A stretch of 64,000 nt of DNA from Emiliania huxleyi CCMP1516. Lineage: Eukaryota. The notes beneath the pieces were generated by a model. That model was not told the DNA's origin and made no database searches. It saw only the letters and a list, made by a program, of their open reading frames with translations. Below are positions 57,919-64,000 of the stretch, piece by piece. Each line of letters begins with the position of its first letter. Position 1 is the first letter of the stretch. The stretch lies in NCBI RefSeq assembly GCF_000372725.1, contig NW_005201732.1:186001-250000 (forward strand), written 5' to 3'. A program made the translations under genes and the position numbers.

Positions 57919-58403
57919 TAAGAGCACACACTGAAAAGTTTGCTCGAAATGTCTAAAACACTAAAAAAGAAACGCGGGGTGGCGATGTCTCTCTCTCACA
58001 CCACGTGACAAAACACCACGTGCTTCGTGCTCCCAGAGAGCAGTCGGATCGGCTTGGCCTAGGCCACCCTTGCGCCTTGGGGTGCAGCTGCTTGCTGAGC
58101 CAGGACCCAGGTGGCCCAGAGGTCGCGACACTCGTGCTCGCACACCGTCACGGCACACTCGCCAGCTATGCGCCGAACCAAGTTTGTGTGCCCGATCCGA
58201 CGAGCGACGTTGCACGTTGGCCAATCCTCGAGGCACGAGGGTGCGCTCGTGCGCACCCTCGCTCTTCGCGGATGCACTATTGAGTTTCATGCAGCTGAAC
58301 AACTCTTCAGAACACAACACAGATGGACGCTGGCTGGGCATGCGAGGTAAGCGCCGTTGCGCGGAATTTATTTCTTTTTTGCTTGTGGACGGCTTTGTCG
58401 GAG

Positions 58404-59264
58404 ATGGCCTGCAGACTGCCTCGCTCGGCGAGGCGGCCATGGGGGTTTTCGGCCGCCGCACGGCCTCCCACGCTGCTCCCTCCCACGCTGCTCGCTCGGC
58501 AACGGATCGCTCCGCTCCTCTCTGCGCCGCGCGCCTGCTCGAGCGGCACGGCGGCTGGCGCCAACGGCGGCTCAAAGGGTGGGCCGACGCGCGAGATGGT
58601 GCGGGAGATGCCGCGGCACATCTCGGAGCTCAGCGGCGAGATGCTCTTCCTCATGACCAAAACACAGGGAGGCTCGCTGATCGCGTCTCGCGAGCGGCTG
58701 CGCCGTGACATCATGTGGGTGGACGACGTGGACTATGAGGCGGCGGGCGTGCGCATCGTGGAGATCGCGCGGTACGGGACCGGCGAGTCGGCGCTCCTCA
58801 AAGCGCCGTACTACGCCGGCTGGGTCACGGCGCAGGCGGCCGGCTGGGCATCCATCCCGCTCGTCTTTAGCCTCGAGCTCGCGATGAGCTTCAACCGGCA
58901 CTACGTGATGGCGCCGCTGCCGGACGAGGGCGGCACCGACACGCTCCTCGAGGTCGGCATCTGGACCTGGCAGTGGATGGAGCCGCCCCTCGGCACCTTC
59001 TCCTTCTTCCTCCTCTGCGCTCAGTTCGGGGCGCAGCAGCGCGCCAACCTCGGCATCAAGCCGTTCACCGCGCGGCTGCGCTCGCGCAAGGCGAACCAGC
59101 TCTGCGCCGCCTTCCCGCAGTACGACCGCTCCATCCTGCGCGACTACGCCAAGGCCATCTGCTTCGACGACGCCGACGCCGACGGCCTCGACAACGAGCC
59201 GCTCTGGCTCGAGCGCTCGCGCGCCGCGGGCGGAAGGGACAACGTGAAGACGCCGAGCATGTGA
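58404..59264 (+). CDS. Hypothetical membrane protein, possible organellar presequence
   Basis: Long ORF with strong coding bias and hydrophobic segments (GIWTWQWMEPPLGTFSFFLLC). Start uncertain. Confidence 0.6.
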   Translation: MACRLPRSARRPWGFSAAARPPTLLPPTLLARQRIAPLLSAPRACSSGTAAGANGGSKGGPTREMVREMPRHISELSGEMLFLMTKTQGGSLIASRERLRRDIMWVDDVDYEAAGVRIVEIARYGTGESALLKAPYYAGWVTAQAAGWASIPLVFSLELAMSFNRHYVMAPLPDEGGTDTLLEVGIWTWQWMEPPLGTFSFFLLCAQFGAQQRANLGIKPFTARLRSRKANQLCAAFPQYDRSILRDYAKAICFDDADADGLDNEPLWLERSRAAGGRDNVKTPSM

Positions 59265-60456
59265 GGGCGAGGGGTGAGGCAGGGGCCATCGGGGCATGGG
59301 ATGAACGAGAGTGGACAGCTTCAAACGTGTGGGACGGTGTGACAGCAAAAGCCATAACACGCATCACGGTTCACGCTTTTCAAAAAAGGTGAAAAATAGC
59401 AACTGGTTGCTTCCCCGCTGCGCTCTCGCAATGATGTTGTTGTGACGGTTGAATTTTTGCCGATTTCTGTAAGCGGCCATTTTTGAATAGGTTTGGAAAC
59501 CACCGAGGGGTACGATTCCACATAATTCATCCGACGGAAACGTGGCGATGGCACCTGATTTTCGCAAGGGCGGGGGCCTGTTCCTTTTTTTACCCATCTC
59601 ACAGTAGAGAGGTGTCCGTTTTTATTTATTTATTTATGGGGCGCAGTGGGGGGGGGGTGAGGATTTGGTTCTGAAGAAGGTGGGGCGAACCGAGGGGGAT
59701 GGGGGAGGGTCACCGTTTGGGCGAGCCAAGGCTGTGGCGCCGACGGCGGCACCCTTGTACGAGGCTGTGAGGGGAGCCGAGCGGCGGCGAGAGGGGGGGC
59801 GGCAGCGACGCAGGCGAGCCGCACGCGCGCGCGACTGAGGGAAGCGCGGGCGGCGGGAAAAAGGAGAACGGCGGCGGCGGCGAGGCGCAAAACGGGGGCG
59901 GCGGAAGTGGGGGCGACGGCGGCGGCGGAGTGAACGGCGGCGCGCGCACGGACGGCGACGAAATCGACGGCGGGGAGGGGCAGGGCTGCATGGCGGCGGC
60001 AGGCGCGCGCACATTCGTCGTGTTTTCGCATTGGCATTCCACGTGCTCCTCGGCGACCTGCGTGCGCGGGAACGGCAGGGGTCATGTCGCGCGCACCGGG
60101 CGGCGCCGTGCTCGCAGCAGCCGGGATCGCGGCAGAGTATGGTGGAGAGCTCTACCCGCGCACCTGCCCAGCGATGAGCTTGACGCCGCTCCTGGCAGGC
60201 GAGGCAGGGATCTCGGCGACGTTGGAGAGCGGGCGCACGATGTCGTGGGCGACGCCCGTCCGCAGCCACGTCGTGGTGACGATGATGGCGAGGAGCATCA
60301 CGGTGGAGAGGAGCGTCCCGGCGCTGCTTGGGCTCGCTCGAGTTAGCGGTCTCGGCATGGGCACGGGGTTTTTCATTTCTCTGAGGTGGCCACAAGAATT
60401 TCTTTTTGAGCTTGCGTTTGCCGCCGTATTAGTGCACATACAGACTACTGGCCGCA

Positions 60457-61490
60457 ATGCTGCTGCTCGCCGTCCTGCTCGCGCTCGTGAACGACACCAG
60501 CGGCAGCAGGAACGGCCGCTGGCGAAAGCGTCGGTTGCGTGGCTCGCACCGGGCAGTGCCGGACGACTACTCTGCGCTCGAGCTGGACGGATGCGGGAGG
60601 GTCTTTCTCGACGGCGGCTCCAACACCGGCGAGTCCGTCCGCGCATTCATCAAGGGGCACTTTCACTCGTGCGGGCTGCGCAGCCCGAGCCGGCAGTATG
60701 CCTCCTACTGGAGCCAGCTTTCGCAGGCGGAGCGGAATGCTGCGATGCAGCCGCTCAAGGAGCCGGCGTCCTTCTGCGTGCGCTCGTTCGAGGCCGCTCC
60801 GGCGCTGCTGCCGCTGCTGCGAAGGCAGGAGCAGGACCACCGGGCGCAAAAGTATGACGTGCGCTTCGTCGAGGCTGCGCTCGGGAACGTCACCGCGCCG
60901 GACGAGTCTCGCCGCGTCGTGCGGTACGCAGACAACGTGTGGGGCGTCTCCGCGAGCGGCTTGCGGTGGGGCGACGTGCACGTCGGCGACAAGCCGGTCG
61001 CGCGCGAGACGACCTCCATCTCTGGGCAGAGCTACGACCTGCGAGGCATCGTCGCGCGCGTGCGCTCGCTCAACGCCTCGGCGGTGGTGGCAATCAAGCT
61101 CGACATCGAGGGCTCCGAGTACTGGGCGCTCGAGCCGCTCGTCGCGGACCCGGAGCTCCTCTGCTCGGTCTCGCACGCCTCCGCCGAGCTCCACGCCGGA
61201 CGATCCCTCCCCGAGCCGTCCCTCGGCCGCCCCTGCAGGTGTCGTACCTCTTCGTCGAGTTCCACTCTGCCGCCTCCGCCGGCCAGCGCCGGGTGGCGCA
61301 GAGCTACGGCCTGCGAGAGGACGCCTTCGAGCACCTCAAGGGCCGGATCCACGCGGCGATGGAGCGGCCGGGCTGCAGGCTCAAGATCTTGTGGCGCTCC
61401 TTTTGGGCGAGCTGCGGCGACAAGCAGCGCTTCGAGTGGCGCTCGTCCGAGCAGACGCGAGACTCGACGTCGACCGAGCTGCCGGCGTGA
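60457..61490 (+). CDS. FkbM-like SAM-dependent methyltransferase with signal anchor, 2 exons
   Basis: VFLDGGSNTGES, SFEAAP, EAALG, IKLDIEGSEY and YLFVEFH. Intron at about 61170-61238. Confidence 0.7.
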
Positions 61491-61796
61491 GAGCGTACAC
61501 CAGGTGTGTTGGGTCTTGCGTGCCGTATATTGTTTCGACAAGCACAAAATCTCTCTCTGAGAGATAGATTCGAACAACTGTATGAGTATGTTGTGTGAGA
61601 GGGACTTTCTCTTGTTGTGTGTGGTCGCCTTCATTCAAAAGCACAACCCCCCCCAGATTGAAAGATACGCACAAGCACCGCGCTAGACCGCGAATTCTTT
61701 TGATGAGCCGAACGGCGTATACGAATCGCCCGTCAGATGCCAACTGGTCGGCGGGCCGAGAAGCCCTCGCTTCCGGAAACTGCGCCTCCGTCGTTC

Positions 61797-64000
61797 ATGT
61801 CCACCTTCAGCATCCTTCGGAAGGGCTCGGTCGACGCCACGTGCGGTCTGATCATCACGCTGCTGTCCGTCGTCGACGTCGCTCTCCTCCTCGTCCTCTC
61901 TCTCAGCCAGACAGTTGCCTCGCTGTTTAAGGGCGTGACGCGGTCAAGCAGTGACCTCCTGCTGTCTCGCCCGTCGGTGGTGGTGGTTGGCGGCTCCTTC
62001 TCGGGCCTGTGGGCGCAGCGCGCCCTCAGCGACAGCTACGATGTCACACTCGTTGACTTCAAGGACTACTTTGAGTACACGCCCGGCGTGCTCCGTCTCT
62101 TCGTGCAGCCGTCGTGGCTGAGTCGTCTGTCGGGGCCGCTGCCGCGGCGGCGGAATAAGCTGGTGGTGGGCGAGGTGGTTGCCGTCCACCCCACCGAAAT
62201 CACCCTCCGCACGGCCGACGGTGAGGAGGCGCAGATTCCCTTTGACTACCTGCTGCTCGGATGCGGCTCTCCTGCTGCCAGATGCGACACACACATCCCC
62301 GTAGTGTTGGCGCCGGCACCGGAGACGACGCGTGCTCAGCTATAGTCCACTGGTTCCACCGCCCTCGCGCTGCAACCACCGTATCCGCAGCCCTCGCATT
62401 CCCTCGGTGCGGGTGTGCGATGCGTGAGACAGAGCTACCACGCACACCCGTCACTCCCCTCGCGCCTCCCTCCTCACTCCCGTCTGTCTCCCTCCTCCAG
62501 GGTCGTCGTACGCGGCAGCGCCCGTCAAGGCGTCGCCGCGCGAGCCGGACCTGCCCTCGCGCCGCCGCTCGTGGGAAGAGGCTGCCGCCCGCCTCGCCCG
62601 CGCCTCCTCCGTCCTCATCGCCGGCGGGGGCCCTGTCGCTGTCGAGCTTGCTGCCGAGGTCGCACCTCCCCCCGCGCCTCCCCCGCACCTCCCCCGCATC
62701 CCCCCCTCCTCCCTCCCCCTCTCTCCTCCTCCCTCCCCCTCCCCCTCCTCTCCTCTCCCCCGACCTCCCCCTCCCCCACCCCACCAGGTGCTCGACGCGT
62801 ACCCCTCCGTCTCCGTCACCCTCGTCACGTCCGGCACATCCCTCTGCTCGGGCACGCCGAGACTAGCAGAGACTAGCAGAAGCTAGCCGACACCAGCCGA
62901 CACCAGCCGACACCAGCCGACACTAGCAGAGACTAGCCGAGAGCAGCGCCTCCCTCTGGTCCGGCACGCCCTCCGCACGCGCCTTGACCCGCGCGTCCGC
63001 ACGCCATTCTACCTCGGGACCCTGCTCGGGGCCTCCGCCTCTGTAGGCCTGCCCGCCGCCGTCGGAGAGGCGTCCTCCCGCTGGCTCGAGCAGGTATTCA
63101 TCAATCACTGGTGAGCAACCAGTCACTCAGCACTAGGCGTCCGCCCGCTGGCTCGAGCTGCGCGGCGCGGCGCTGCACTACTCCTCGCGGGCCCCTCCTC
63201 TCTTGCCTCCCGGCTGTCCGCTGGGCAAGGAGTGAGGCCGGGTGCGTCTTCACTTCAGGTCGAGTCGGTGCGGCCGGACTCGGTCACGCTTGTGGGCGGC
63301 CAGGCGCCGGCTGCGCACCCCCACTCCTAGCCGGACCTCATCTCCCTCTCGCCGGCACTGACAGTCCGCGGGACGGGCACAGGTCCTCTCCGCCGACATC
63401 GTCTACCCTTGCATGGGAGCCCCGCCCGCCTCCGCCCCCCTCGAGGGCTCCCTCGCCTCGCAGCTTGACGAGCGGCGCGCAAGTAGCCGAGATCGGCCGA
63501 GATCGGCCGAGATTGGCCGAGCCCAGCCGAGGTCCTCCTCGCTAAGCAGCTCGAGGAGCGCTGCCGGCGCCGCAGCGTGCGTCAGGCCACACGATGTTCA
63601 GCGGTTGCCGCATCGCCCCAGGCGCCGGCTGCGCCTCACGCCGCAGCTGCAGCCCGCCGAGCAGAACGGGTCTCCGGCCTCGGGCTGGTCGCGCGTGTTC
63701 GGGATGGGGGACGTCGCCTCCCTCCCGGCGGGAGAGCTGCAGCTCGGACACACGGCCGAGCTCAACGCGCACGTCGCCGCCGAGAACATGCGCCGCTCCG
63801 CCGCGGGCAGGTGACACTTCCTAGACACTTCCGAGATACTTCCCAGACATGCGCCGCTCTGCCGCGGGCAGGCCGCTCGACGCGTGCCCCGCGCCTGAGA
63901 CGCGTCCGGCGTCAGCCCGGAGGTCAGCCCGAGGCCCCGACCCTCAGGCCGCTCGAAGAGTACCCGCGCGGCGCGGTCGGCTGCGAGCGGTCGCCTCGCG
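61797..64000 (+). CDS. FAD/NAD(P)H oxidoreductase, AIFM2/FSP1 (AMID)-like; multi-exon, runs off the window
   Basis: VVVVGGSFSGL, FDYLLLGCGS, VLIAGGGPVAVELAAE and VFGMGDVA. Confidence 0.8.

Noticed and set aside
59330..60395. AT-richer tract and Pro-rich minus-strand ORFs as an element or gene
   Set aside because: No convincing TIR/TSD. The ORFs are broken and low-complexity.

Overview
GC-rich, gene-dense eukaryotic nuclear DNA, most likely from a haptophyte alga of the Emiliania/Gephyrocapsa type. That assignment is inference from the high GC, short GT-AG and GC-AG introns, signal-peptide-bearing plastid proteins and PKS remnants. About 23 protein genes or gene remnants are visible: PPase (3' end), DRC7/CCDC135, plastid L9, an alpha/beta hydrolase, EMG1, complex I B14.5b, a large multi-reader DDT/WHIM chromatin protein, a SAP+cold-shock-like protein, 14-3-3, a Lon-N protein, a CUE protein, a sphingolipid desaturase-like protein, a mitochondrial carrier, a MICAL-type monooxygenase, a SET methyltransferase, a histidine phosphatase, a CHIP-like ligase, an FkbM-like methyltransferase, an AIFM2-like oxidoreductase and several hypotheticals. 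Intergenic spaces hold many non-autonomous transposons with readable TIRs and TSDs (piggyBac-, hAT- and Mutator-like), plus a 5'-truncated (TTTC)n-tailed retroposon family. The most striking feature is 10162-15010. It appears to be one protein fusing an XPG/FEN1-type PIN 5'-nuclease, a family-4-UDG-like fold with an altered active-site motif, an array of near-identical ~40-aa helical repeats with a variable position, and a WW domain. All domain calls are by-eye motif recognition with no database searches, and exon boundaries are approximate unless stated.
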